Below are positions 1-8,984 of a stretch of DNA of 59,282 nt, piece by piece. Each line of letters opens with the position of its first letter. Position 1 is the first letter of the stretch. The DNA is from a virus (Duplodnaviria; Caudoviricetes). Where the stretch lies: the IMG/VR virus record IMGVR_UViG_3300047560_000851, positions 1-59,282 of that record; one strand, given 5' to 3'. Under the pieces are notes generated by a model, which was given only the letters and a program-made list of their open reading frames with translations, did no database searches and was not told the origin of the DNA. The position numbers were made by a program, and so were the translations under genes.

Positions 1-58
1 CATATGAATATCCTTCCTTTGATAAGTTTAAGTTATACCGCGAACTGATGACTGCTGA

Positions 59-1903
59 TTATGCTGCTAGTGCTTCTTCGATAATATCCTCAGTCGGTTG
101 CGACTTGGTTGTAATGTGTGGCAAGTTTTCTAGCCATGTATTAGCTATTGCACCACGACCACGCTTGACTACATACTTAGGTCTACGCAAGTACGCAGTG
201 AGATAACCATAGTCAACCTCAACATTAGGTCGCGCTGCCAACCACTTGACAAAATCTGTATGCAACCACGATGAACCTGTCGCAGATTTAGTGCTAGTCC
301 ACTCGGCTAACGCCCACATGAACTCAAGGTTTTTCATAAAGCTCTGTGGATGTAATGTCGATTGGAAGATACGGCACTCGGCGATTGAGTGTTTAAGGTT
401 AAGTGGTGAATACTTGCCCATGCCGTTAATCTTTTTCTTGCCAGCTCGACTGTTGTAGTCAAGACCGCCACACTTACGAATAGTCTGGTCATGTTTAGCT
501 AAACTACCCATGTGCATGGATGCCTCACCGCCATAGATTGCATTACGCTGTGCGATTGCCTTAACGAAACCGATATTCTCCTCGGCAGTTAGGAACAATG
601 ACATACGCGCCTCTTGCAGTGGCGATAGATACTCGCGGTTCATACTGATATGGATACCATACGAATTGTCATCGGGGTGGTTATACCCTAACACTTTGCG
701 CTCAAGTAGGTGGTTAAGTAATCGCGGTGCAAACTCTGCCCATTCTGTCTTGCCATACGGCTGGGTAATAATCTCAAACCCGTGGTCATCATCAAGACTA
801 CCATCACGCTCAAGGTACAATTCAGGGAACTTATCACGCAGACTAGACACCACATCATATCGGTCGTGTGAATACACCTCAATCTCAACGCCTAGTGGGA
901 TAAAGCGTTTGTCTGTCCACTGCTCAACAAAGTCACGATACGCACCATGATAATCGTGCAGTCCATCATAGTCCTCATCGGGTTCATCTTCGCTATTCTC
1001 AAACAGCAAGTAATAAGTATCCTCATCAAAGTACGCACCATCCTCGTACATATAACGGCTGTAATCACAATCGTAGGATAACCAATCGTCTGCGCTCTCG
1101 CGGTTGTATGCGTTTCGTGATAAGTACAGTGGTCGCGCATCGTCTGATGGGATATAAGTTTCGTGGTGATTAGACCAATAATAGTTATCGATACAGGAAC
1201 TGCAAATAATGTCCTCGTTAAGTGTGCTATGGGCTTCGTCTGTGTGGTCGATGTATCCACAATCGGGGCAAACAAATCGGTCATAGTCCTGTAAGTTTAA
1301 CTTGTTGAATACACGCGAACGCTTCTCACTACCAATACGCACATTGTTCAGGGCATTCACTACATCGTCTACAATATCTGCGTCAATCTCTTTGCCCTTG
1401 CGGTAATACGCTATGGCTTTTGCTATGAGTTGCCCTTGTTCTAGTCGCGCATATCGGTCGTTGCGTTTTCGTAGTGCAGCATCATAGTGCAAGTTGCGGT
1501 GTTCGATTGCCACCAATTCTTCCGTTGCTCGGAACGCTCTGATTTTGTTACATAACGCAGCTAGATACACACGGTACACACGCTTGGCATGATGTTGATT
1601 TTGGAATAACCGAATTGATGTATCCCACGAACTGCACCAGTATGGTGCTTTCGTCACAGCGACCTCGAACTTCACATCGCCATTGCCTGATACTTCAGTG
1701 ATGCGACCCATGCCATAGTCGCGGTTATAGACCAATTTACCCAGCAGTTTGCGTAGGTATCTAGCCCTCGCGTTGTAGGTTTCGATTGGTTCTAGCATAT
1801 CGCGCAGTCGTTTGGTCGGTTGCCTGTCATTGACAACAATGTCGTCAGTGGTGTAGCCCTGCATTGCTCGTACCGCATCGCGGTAATGATTTGAAAATAA
1901 CAT
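59..1903 (-). CDS. Putative amidoligase (COOH-NH2 ligase-type) with Cys-rich N-terminal region
   Basis: Motifs GVEIEV, ERDGSL..GFEIIT.P, GIHISMN, KYSPLN and ECRIF.ST match phage amidoligases. CPDC/CSSC pairs present. RBS AAGGAGAGAG. Neighbours a class II GATase across the window ends. Confidence 0.8.
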   Translation of the reverse strand: MLFSNHYRDAVRAMQGYTTDDIVVNDRQPTKRLRDMLEPIETYNARARYLRKLLGKLVYNRDYGMGRITEVSGNGDVKFEVAVTKAPYWCSSWDTSIRLFQNQHHAKRVYRVYLAALCNKIRAFRATEELVAIEHRNLHYDAALRKRNDRYARLEQGQLIAKAIAYYRKGKEIDADIVDDVVNALNNVRIGSEKRSRVFNKLNLQDYDRFVCPDCGYIDHTDEAHSTLNEDIICSSCIDNYYWSNHHETYIPSDDARPLYLSRNAYNRESADDWLSYDCDYSRYMYEDGAYFDEDTYYLLFENSEDEPDEDYDGLHDYHGAYRDFVEQWTDKRFIPLGVEIEVYSHDRYDVVSSLRDKFPELYLERDGSLDDDHGFEIITQPYGKTEWAEFAPRLLNHLLERKVLGYNHPDDNSYGIHISMNREYLSPLQEARMSLFLTAEENIGFVKAIAQRNAIYGGEASMHMGSLAKHDQTIRKCGGLDYNSRAGKKKINGMGKYSPLNLKHSIAECRIFQSTLHPQSFMKNLEFMWALAEWTSTKSATGSSWLHTDFVKWLAARPNVEVDYGYLTAYLRRPKYVVKRGRGAIANTWLENLPHITTKSQPTEDIIEEALAA

Positions 1904-1945
1904 AACGCTCTCTCCTTCGTTAAGTTGGTTGGTATTACGGATTGG

Positions 1946-2041
1946 TTATTGCAGTGGATATTCAGTTATCACCCACATCAACACAGCCACGATGATGACT
2001 GCTGTTGCGAATACTACCTTGTCCCATTGGTCTGGTGTCAT
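1946..2041 (-). CDS. 31-aa single-TM peptide (MTPDQWDKVVFATAVIIVAVLMWVITEYPLQ)
   Basis: Hand-translated; strong RBS AAGGAG; hydrophobic helix. Confidence 0.6.
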   Translation of the reverse strand: MTPDQWDKVVFATAVIIVAVLMWVITEYPLQ

Positions 2042-2054
2042 GCTTAATATCTCC

Positions 2055-2144
2055 TTATGTTAGCTTATACAATGCTATGTAAATAACAGCCCATGCCGTC
2101 ATCAGTAGAAAAAATCCTGCTACTCCTACCAATACTGTTCGCAT
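2055..2144 (-). CDS. 29-aa single-TM peptide (MRTVLVGVAGFFLLMTAWAVIYIALYKLT)
   Basis: Hand-translated; same AACATAAGGAGATATTAAG leader as the neighbouring peptide. Confidence 0.6.
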   Translation of the reverse strand: MRTVLVGVAGFFLLMTAWAVIYIALYKLT

Positions 2145-2245
2145 CTTAATATCTCCTTATGTTTGGAATAATAGATACAGCTCGGTTGTTATATAGTGCA
2201 TCAACATACGCCTTGAGCCATTTGGTATTGAAAGGGTTTTTGTTG

Positions 2246-2443
2246 TTAGCCCTCGCCGATTGTGTAGTTCGGGTTTGCCCTGTAAATAGGTGCAGTTGTC
2301 GCATGATGGGTATAGTCCTTGATTACGATATTGATAAAATCATTCAGTTGTTTTTCGGTAAATACAATCACGGAGTCATACCCCTCTGCCGTTTCATGCA
2401 CACCTGCGCCCACAGATACCGCCATTACAATCATGTTTTCCAT
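2246..2443 (-). CDS. Hypothetical early protein
   Basis: 65-aa ORF, TAATG-coupled to the upstream gene. Confidence 0.5.
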   Translation of the reverse strand: MENMIVMAVSVGAGVHETAEGYDSVIVFTEKQLNDFINIVIKDYTHHATTAPIYRANPNYTIGEG

Positions 2444-2592
2444 TATGCAAAGTCCTCGCCTTCTTCTACTTCGTAATCATAGACTTCTACGCCCATCTCG
2501 TTTGCCAGTTTAAATAGGTGTGTTAAAGATACGGCTTGAATTCTATGGGTGTTGTGCTTGTAGTCTAATACGATATAGGTGGTTGGTTTCAT
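2443..2592 (-). CDS. Hypothetical 49-aa early protein (MKPTTYIVLDYK...)
   Basis: Hand-translated; stop overlaps the next ATG. Confidence 0.5.
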   Translation of the reverse strand: MKPTTYIVLDYKHNTHRIQAVSLTHLFKLANEMGVEVYDYEVEEGEDFA

Positions 2593-2635
2593 AATGCCCC
2601 CGCAATATGGTTAAGTGTATGTAATGAGTGAAGTG

Positions 2636-2824
2636 TCAAGGTTCTAATGTTTGTGATTGCGATGCCTTTGGTCGACCTTGCGCGACTTTAATATCAGTTA
2701 AGCTAAAATGTTTTTTGAGTACGGCACGGATTAACTGCGCTCTTGTTCGACCCGATTGTGCTGCGTATATGTCGAGTTGATTTATCCATTCAATAGGAAG
2801 GTTCATCGTGATAAGTTTAGTCAT
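2636..2824 (-). CDS. Ribbon-helix-helix (CopG/Arc-like) DNA-binding protein
   Basis: ITMNLP...LD.YA...GRTRAQLIR.VL pattern typical of RHH proteins. Confidence 0.75.
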   Translation of the reverse strand: MTKLITMNLPIEWINQLDIYAAQSGRTRAQLIRAVLKKHFSLTDIKVAQGRPKASQSQTLEP

Positions 2825-2883
2825 AAGTATATACCTATTTAGTTTAATTAAAGTATGTACACATATAGTTTCTGTGTTGTATA

Positions 2884-2913
2884 AGTATAATGCTATATAG
2901 TTTCGTGGGTCAA
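2884..2913 (-). promoter_or_regulatory. sigma70-like promoter for the RHH gene
   Basis: TTGACC-18 nt-TATACT on the - strand. Confidence 0.5.
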
Positions 2914-2928
2914 GTGTGAGATTTAGGC

Positions 2929-3340
2929 GGATAATTGTGCTTAATAAATGTATATGTTTAGTTTCGGGTAAGTTATTGATTTATATAGAATTAGGGGGAC
3001 TTTTATCCAGTTATCCAGTTATCCAGCGGATAAATGTCGCTTTTCCAAAAATGCATACTACAAAAATCAATTCTCCAAAGTGGTCTATCCTGTTTTTTGA
3101 GCGGATTATTGGATAGTTGTATCCAAAAACTTACTCTTACTTACTTACATATATATACTTAACATATTATTATTATTATTAGGCTAATTGTCTAAGTGCC
3201 TATTCATGCGGTTCTGCGCTGTATTGCGCGATTTAAAAGGCTCTATACAAATGTAAAGAACAACTGATTAAAAAATAGGCAAAAACTATCCAGTAGAAGC
3301 GGATAGTTGCTGGATAAAAGACACTTGTAAACGGATAGTT
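2929..3340. repeat. Iteron-like (Y)TATCC repeats around an AT-rich tract; candidate replication origin
   Basis: TTATCCAG x3 in tandem (3003-3026), about 9 more TATCC/GGATA copies in both orientations, (TTA)n and (TTAC)n tracts, no credible ORF. Confidence 0.55.
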
Positions 3341-3368
3341 AAAAGAGGGGGAATTTCACCCCCAAAAG
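3341..3368 (-). terminator. Intrinsic terminator, possibly bidirectional
   Basis: Short GC hairpin (GGGG...CCCC around AATTTCA) flanked by A/T runs, just downstream of 3384..3911. Confidence 0.6.
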
Positions 3369-3383
3369 TATGTATACATATAC

Positions 3384-3911
3384 TTATTCGTCAGTTTCAA
3401 TCATATTTTCAAGTTTTAGCAATTCCAATACCTGAGTTTTACGATATTCACGGATTGCATTTTCGATTACGAACGCTAAATCATCTTTATGCTCTTTTGT
3501 GAGTTTAGTGATTACATTCGCAAGATATGCGTCTGCGTCAAACATTGATGTTGCTTTTTCTGCGGGAACCATATCGTACCAAGCCACAGCTGCTCGCATC
3601 ATGCTCTCGAATTCCGCAAAATCATTTTCATCATTTACTGACATTTCGGCACGAGCAGACTTATTGATGATGAACTTCTCATCTTTGACACGAACGCAAC
3701 CCCATGTTTCAGCCCATAATGTCAAGCCTTTAATGCGTGTATTCGTACCAACAGCGTCTAATAATCGATTGAATGAACCTGCATCGCCATCTTTAATCGC
3801 ATAAAACGCACAAGAGATTAACGCTTCTTGTATGCTATCACGCAATTTTGTACTATTGCCCTTAATCGATTTGATTTTGGCTGTTAATTGTTTAGAGTTA
3901 AGAATAGCCAT
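3384..3911 (-). CDS. Hypothetical early phage protein
   Basis: 175-aa ORF with RBS AAAGGGG; first gene of the - arm. Confidence 0.75.
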   Translation of the reverse strand: MAILNSKQLTAKIKSIKGNSTKLRDSIQEALISCAFYAIKDGDAGSFNRLLDAVGTNTRIKGLTLWAETWGCVRVKDEKFIINKSARAEMSVNDENDFAEFESMMRAAVAWYDMVPAEKATSMFDADAYLANVITKLTKEHKDDLAFVIENAIREYRKTQVLELLKLENMIETDE

Positions 3912-4417
3912 TTTAATACCCCTTTTTGTGATTTATGAAAATACACCCTATTTTTAAGATGTATTAAGATAAATGCTGCTGATTAGCCTTGCCGTGTCTG
4001 CAGCCGTCTAACGGAATATAGGTGTCAAGCCTATATCGGGTTTTTTCATGTAAAACGCGCCTTGCCCTTGACACGCATATTGGATTAGCTAGTGCTAACG
4101 GATTTGACAATCCTATACCGATTTTGACACCGATACCCCTGCCCTTTATTATCGCCCCTAGCGTTGGATTGCGCCTGTATTCTACGCACTCGCCTATCTC
4201 AAGCCTTGATACACTAAACCCCTAAGCGTTGCATAATGTACCCCGACTAACCTAGTCATCGGTATGAGCCTTACAGCTAATCTATTCGCTTGCTCTACAC
4301 CTATGGTGGCGTGTCAAGTAGGTAGGGGCGGTGGGACACATGATGTGGCATGGGTGTGCCTGCCTTATGTAACCCATATAATCCACAAGTCACTTTTAGA
4401 CCCTTTACAATTGTATA

Positions 4418-4446
4418 TTGACATAACACCCACGTCGCAGTATTAT
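4418..4446 (+). promoter_or_regulatory. sigma70 promoter
   Basis: TTGACA-17 nt-TATTAT. Confidence 0.7.
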
Positions 4447-4607
4447 TCACATCGGGCCTGGCCCACGAGTTAACCGTAGGTTAGCGAACATCCCCCACAC
4501 GCCTCTTAACCGTAGATGTCAGGGTGTTACCTGAGTAAAGCGCAACCTTGTGGGGGGTACCCCCCTCGTCAATCCAAAAATTTTTCCCGGTCAAAAATCC
4601 GACCCTC

Positions 4608-4637
4608 TTGACAAAAACGAAATTCGTGTGATACAAA
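4608..4637 (+). promoter_or_regulatory. sigma70 promoter for terS (probable leaderless transcript)
   Basis: TTGACA-18 nt-TACAAA with a TG extension; ATG 5 nt downstream. Confidence 0.5.
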
Positions 4638-4642
4638 GCCCC

Positions 4643-5221
4643 ATGGAGACAGCAAACCAATTTGTATCTACAAGCATAGCACCCGTCGAGTTTAGTACCG
4701 ATATGTTGCGAGATCTGCACTTGAGTGCGGACCCTGAGGCCGTTGCTGCCCAGTATGGACTTGTATACGAACACATCAAAGACCTACCCCACTTCAAGAA
4801 AAGAATGGAACAGGTTCAGAATGCCTTAATGGTAGATGGATCGTTTGCGCCAATTATTGCAGGTGCAGGTTTACATACTGCGGTGGAAAAATTAGCAAAG
4901 AGGGTTCAAGATGATAGGATACCGACGGGGGATTTGGTTAAGGCCATCGAAGTATTTAAAAAGGTCAAGGATGGATCGGCGACGGAAGGCGGTCCGAATA
5001 AAGGTAGTGGTGTATCCCTCATCATTAACATCCCTGCGATTGGTAATACAGGCCCTAGAACGGTTGAAATTGTGGCGGAGCCTAGCAAAGAACTTCAGGC
5101 GTACAATACAATTGAAGCGGAAGCGCTTGAGGTTGAGAGCGGTTCATATACGGAATCCGATACTGAGGATGAACCTAAAGAGGTTACATCTGCGCCAGAC
5201 TTTACGATAGGACTCCCATGA
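4643..5221 (+). CDS. terS: Probable terminase small subunit
   Basis: Directly upstream of and overlapping terL; helical core, 'VSLIINI' strand and acidic tail. ATG 4643 preferred over the TTG/GTG start at 4550. Confidence 0.6.
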   Translation: METANQFVSTSIAPVEFSTDMLRDLHLSADPEAVAAQYGLVYEHIKDLPHFKKRMEQVQNALMVDGSFAPIIAGAGLHTAVEKLAKRVQDDRIPTGDLVKAIEVFKKVKDGSATEGGPNKGSGVSLIINIPAIGNTGPRTVEIVAEPSKELQAYNTIEAEALEVESGSYTESDTEDEPKEVTSAPDFTIGLP

Positions 5222-6636
5222 AGCAGTACACCCCGCCGCCGTCAATTGCGCCGTTTCTGGTATCAGATAAATTCGTAAACCTGATTGTAGGGCCAGTGGG
5301 TTCAACTAAAACCACGGCTGCGCTGATTAAAATCGTATACGAAGCGAAACGGATAGCGCCATGCCCAGACGGTATTAGGCGTTCAAGGTGCGTAGTTATC
5401 CGAAACACACGTCAAATGTTAGCCGATACGACAATTCCTGATTTTTTAAAATGGTTTGGGGAATTCGGAATATTTGAAAAATCCGCTATGAAATTCGTCC
5501 TGAAACTGGATGACATAGAGTGCGAAGTACTATTTCGGGGTTTGGATGATTCAAATGACGTTAGACGCTTGCTCTCATTACAGCTCTCGTTTGGCGTGAT
5601 GGATGAGTTCCGGGAAATTAATCCTGACGTTTTCGATGCACTAACAGGTCGTTTGGGTCGTTATCCAGATAAAACCATGAACGGCGTTGGCTGCTGCGAA
5701 GTGATAAAGAAAAAAGACGGCACCGAAGAAACAAAACAAATACATAAAGTATGGGGTGCGACTAACCCGCCTGACTATGACACCCACTGGGAGCAATTTT
5801 TAAATGAGCCACCTGACAACGCTGCAGTATTCATACAACCATCAGGACTTAGCCAAGAAGCCGATTGGGTTCAATATCTCCCCGATGATTACTATGAAAA
5901 CCTTGCCGAAGGTAAATCAGAGGCATGGATCGACGTTTACGTACATGGCAAATTTGGGGCCAGCCTCTCAGGTAAGCCAGTGTTTAGATCGTTTGATCGA
6001 GAATCCCATGTCGCCGAGAACGGACTTGTACCGAACAAAACCTCAACCCAGCCGGTTATTATCGGGTTTGATTGCACGGGACTTAATCCAGCGGCAGTTA
6101 TTGGACAGTTGGGTTTTGAAGGTAAACTCTACGTATTCGATAGTCTCCATGCGGTAGATATGGGCGCGATCAGATTTATTCGTGAAGTCATGAAACCGCT
6201 ACTAGCAAATAAATACGCGGGATGCCGAGTGATGGTAGTGATTGACCCCGCAGGTATGGCAAGGCAAGCGGATGAGCGTAATGTGGCGGACATGCTGAGA
6301 GCCGAAGGATTTGCAGTAAAACCAGCTAGGACGAACGGTATTGCCGCACGTATTGCGGCGGTTGAACAATTTTTAACACGGATGGTAGACGGTAATCCTG
6401 GATTCTTAATAGACCCAGACTGTACTGACTTAATTCAAGCACTAGCCGGTAAATATCGATTTAAGATAAATACTAAAGGTGAAGTGGCGGATACACCAGA
6501 CAAAGCCCACCCATGGGGCGATATTGCGGACGCACTCCAGTATTTATGCTTACACGCAGATGGCGGGACATTATTTGGGCATGAACAGCGAGGAAAGGTC
6601 GAAGTTAAAAGAGCACCGATGAATTGGGCGGTATAA
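5218..6636 (+). CDS. terL: Terminase large subunit
   Basis: Walker A GPVGSTKT, Walker B VMDEFRE, coupling motif GATNPP, nuclease motifs IGFD, IDPAG and DIADALQY. Confidence 0.95.
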   Translation: MKQYTPPPSIAPFLVSDKFVNLIVGPVGSTKTTAALIKIVYEAKRIAPCPDGIRRSRCVVIRNTRQMLADTTIPDFLKWFGEFGIFEKSAMKFVLKLDDIECEVLFRGLDDSNDVRRLLSLQLSFGVMDEFREINPDVFDALTGRLGRYPDKTMNGVGCCEVIKKKDGTEETKQIHKVWGATNPPDYDTHWEQFLNEPPDNAAVFIQPSGLSQEADWVQYLPDDYYENLAEGKSEAWIDVYVHGKFGASLSGKPVFRSFDRESHVAENGLVPNKTSTQPVIIGFDCTGLNPAAVIGQLGFEGKLYVFDSLHAVDMGAIRFIREVMKPLLANKYAGCRVMVVIDPAGMARQADERNVADMLRAEGFAVKPARTNGIAARIAAVEQFLTRMVDGNPGFLIDPDCTDLIQALAGKYRFKINTKGEVADTPDKAHPWGDIADALQYLCLHADGGTLFGHEQRGKVEVKRAPMNWAV

Positions 6637-6637
6637 C

Positions 6638-6667
6638 TTGACAAATACCGACATTTTGGTGAATAAT
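6638..6667 (+). promoter_or_regulatory. sigma70-like promoter for the intergenic sRNA
   Basis: TTGACA-18 nt-AATAAT immediately after the terL stop. Confidence 0.5.
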
Positions 6668-6672
6668 TAACA

Positions 6673-6756
6673 CGCTCCTTACATCTCCTCTCCTAAAGTG
6701 AGCACCCCTCGCCGGAATCCCTCTCTCCATCTCCCTTCGGCGGGGGATCCTTTTTT
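6673..6756 (+). ncRNA. Candidate two-hairpin sRNA with CU-rich anti-SD loops
   Basis: Hairpin 1 GCTCCTT/AAG(T)GAGC with loop ACATCTCCTCTCCTA. Hairpin 2 is 11 bp with loop ATCCCTCTCTCCATCTCCC, followed by ATCC and T6. Own promoter upstream. Confidence 0.6.
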
Positions 6757-6759
6757 CTA

Positions 6760-6788
6760 TTGACAGCCGACCTATTATGTAGTATAAA
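6760..6788 (+). promoter_or_regulatory. sigma70 promoter for the portal operon
   Basis: TTGACA-17 nt-TATAAA. Confidence 0.75.
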
Positions 6789-6813
6789 CGCCTAAGAACA
6801 TGAAAGGTGCTGC

Positions 6814-8982
6814 ATGGAACCAGATATTCAACCCCCAGTGATGACAGGACAAATGACTAATATCAACGGTATCTTACCCGTTGCTAATAACGCGTCCCTA
6901 ATGGCTGCAGAACGTTCACGCGTAGAAGCGGAACAAAAGAACAACCAACCTGTTATCCAAGGCCTGTCGGCATACGTTAGAAAATGCTGGCAAAGTGCAT
7001 ACCTGGCAAAGCTAGATGTAGAACAGAAGATGTTAAAAGGCGTACGCCAACGCCGTGGTGAATATGACCCAGAAGTAGCGGGCGAAATCGAAAAAACTGG
7101 CGGTTCAAGAATTTACATGATGCTCACGTCGAACAAATGCCGTGCAGCTTCTAGTTGGTTACGTGACACACTAATGGGCGCAAGGGATGAAAAACCTTGG
7201 ACAATCGACCCAACTACCCTCCCAGATATTAGTCCAGAAGACATGCAAGAAATTCTTGCGCATGCAACTCAAGAAGCGTTAGCGATCGAACAGGCACTAG
7301 GAAAACCTGTAACAACGCCAGAACAAATGGAAGAGATCGTTGAACGCTCTAAAGACAGAGCAAGGGTAGATATTCAGGATGAAGCTCGTGCGGATTGTAA
7401 CCGCATGGAACTCAAGATGGAAGATCAGTTGGAAGAAGGTAACTTCAAAGACGCGCTTTCTCAATTCCTAGACGATTTGACAACATTCCCAGCAGGCATC
7501 TTAAAAGGTCCTGTAGTACGTAGAAAACCAAGAATGACTTGGATTCAAACAGGTCAAGGTCAATATGCTCCTGAAGTAAAAGAAGATTTTGTACTTGAGT
7601 GGGAACGCGTCGACCCATTTATGTTCTACCCAGCACCTCACGCGACGAAAATTGATGATGGTTATATGATTGAACGTCATCGTATGACTCGCGCGCAGCT
7701 CACAGAGCTGATTGGCGTTGAAGGTTATTCAGATGGCGCTATTCGTGCGGTATTGGAAGACTACGGTCATGGCGGTCTGCATGAGTGGTTGCGTGTAGAT
7801 ACACAAAAAGCACAAGCTGAGGGTAAAAATACCCTTGCAATTCAACAAAACACAGATGCATTGATTGATTCATTGCAGTTCTGGGGCTCAGTTCAAGGTC
7901 GACATCTCGTAGAATGGGGTATGCCTAAGGACCAAGTGCCTGATTTAGATAAAGAATATAATTGCGAAGTGTGGTTAATTGGTCGTTGGGTCATTAAAGC
8001 AACGTTAAATGCTGATCCATTCGGTCGCAAGCCATACTACAAAACATCATACGAAGAGATTCCAGGCGTTTTCTGGGGTAATGGTGTAGCTGACCTCATC
8101 CGTGACGCACAAACGATGTGTAACGCGGCAGCAAGAGCGCTAGCTAACAACATGGGTATTGCATCAGGCCCACAAACCGTAGTAAACGTAGATCGTCTAC
8201 CGCCAGGTGAAGATGTAACAGAACTATATCCTTGGAAAATCCATACTGTGGTCAGCGATCCATATGGCAACACTGCTCCGCCAGTAGATTTCTTCCAGCC
8301 AAGCTCAAATGCCTCAGAATTAATGAGCATTTATGAGAAATTCTCTGTTTTAGCTGACGAATACTCAGGCGTTCCTCGTTATATGACGGGCGATGCCTCA
8401 GCAGGTGGTGCAGGTCGTACTGCAACTGGTATGTCAATGCTTATGAGTAACGCAGGTAAAGCGATTAAACAGGTTATTGCAAACATTGATCAATACGTAT
8501 TTGAGCCTATGCTTGAGCGTTTGTACTATTACAACATGAAGTACAGTGATGACCCAGAACTTAAAGGTGATGTACAAATCCGAGTTCGCGGTGCTAATGC
8601 GTTAGTAGTGAAAGAGCAAGCACAAGTTCGCATGAACGAATTCTTAAACATTGTAACTTCAAACCCAATCTTTGCCCAAATCGTTGGCGATAAGGGTATT
8701 ATCAACATGCTTCGTGAAGTATCTAAGGGACTAGATATGGATACCTCCAAAATTCTTCCATCAGAAGAAGAACTACGAGTTCAGCAAGCAATTCAACAAC
8801 GCCAAGAAATGTTAGCGTTAGCCGCAGGTGCAGCGCAAGCAGGCATGCCTTCGCATGACATTCAAGTAGAGCGTGATTCTACAGGAGCGTTAACCGGTGC
8901 TAAAGTAATGCCAAACGCACCACAGAACCTAGCAACTGGCGCACCAGTAGCAAATACATACCAACCCCAACGCGGAGCTTAA
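6814..8982 (+). CDS. Portal protein (P22-like)
   Basis: 722 aa after terL; motifs [24 protein letters not shown] and [10 protein letters not shown]. Confidence 0.9.
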   Translation: MEPDIQPPVMTGQMTNINGILPVANNASLMAAERSRVEAEQKNNQPVIQGLSAYVRKCWQSAYLAKLDVEQKMLKGVRQRRGEYDPEVAGEIEKTGGSRIYMMLTSNKCRAASSWLRDTLMGARDEKPWTIDPTTLPDISPEDMQEILAHATQEALAIEQALGKPVTTPEQMEEIVERSKDRARVDIQDEARADCNRMELKMEDQLEEGNFKDALSQFLDDLTTFPAGILKGPVVRRKPRMTWIQTGQGQYAPEVKEDFVLEWERVDPFMFYPAPHATKIDDGYMIERHRMTRAQLTELIGVEGYSDGAIRAVLEDYGHGGLHEWLRVDTQKAQAEGKNTLAIQQNTDALIDSLQFWGSVQGRHLVEWGMPKDQVPDLDKEYNCEVWLIGRWVIKATLNADPFGRKPYYKTSYEEIPGVFWGNGVADLIRDAQTMCNAAARALANNMGIASGPQTVVNVDRLPPGEDVTELYPWKIHTVVSDPYGNTAPPVDFFQPSSNASELMSIYEKFSVLADEYSGVPRYMTGDASAGGAGRTATGMSMLMSNAGKAIKQVIANIDQYVFEPMLERLYYYNMKYSDDPELKGDVQIRVRGANALVVKEQAQVRMNEFLNIVTSNPIFAQIVGDKGIINMLREVSKGLDMDTSKILPSEEELRVQQAIQQRQEMLALAAGAAQAGMPSHDIQVERDSTGALTGAKVMPNAPQNLATGAPVANTYQPQRGA

Positions 8983-8984
8983 TC

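Noticed and set aside
2929-3340. CRISPR array
   Set aside because: Repeats are 6-8 bp, irregularly spaced and in both orientations; no spacer structure.
5218-6636. Intein or intron in terL (also checked in polA and helicase)
   Set aside because: Normal lengths, contiguous motifs, no intein splice signatures.
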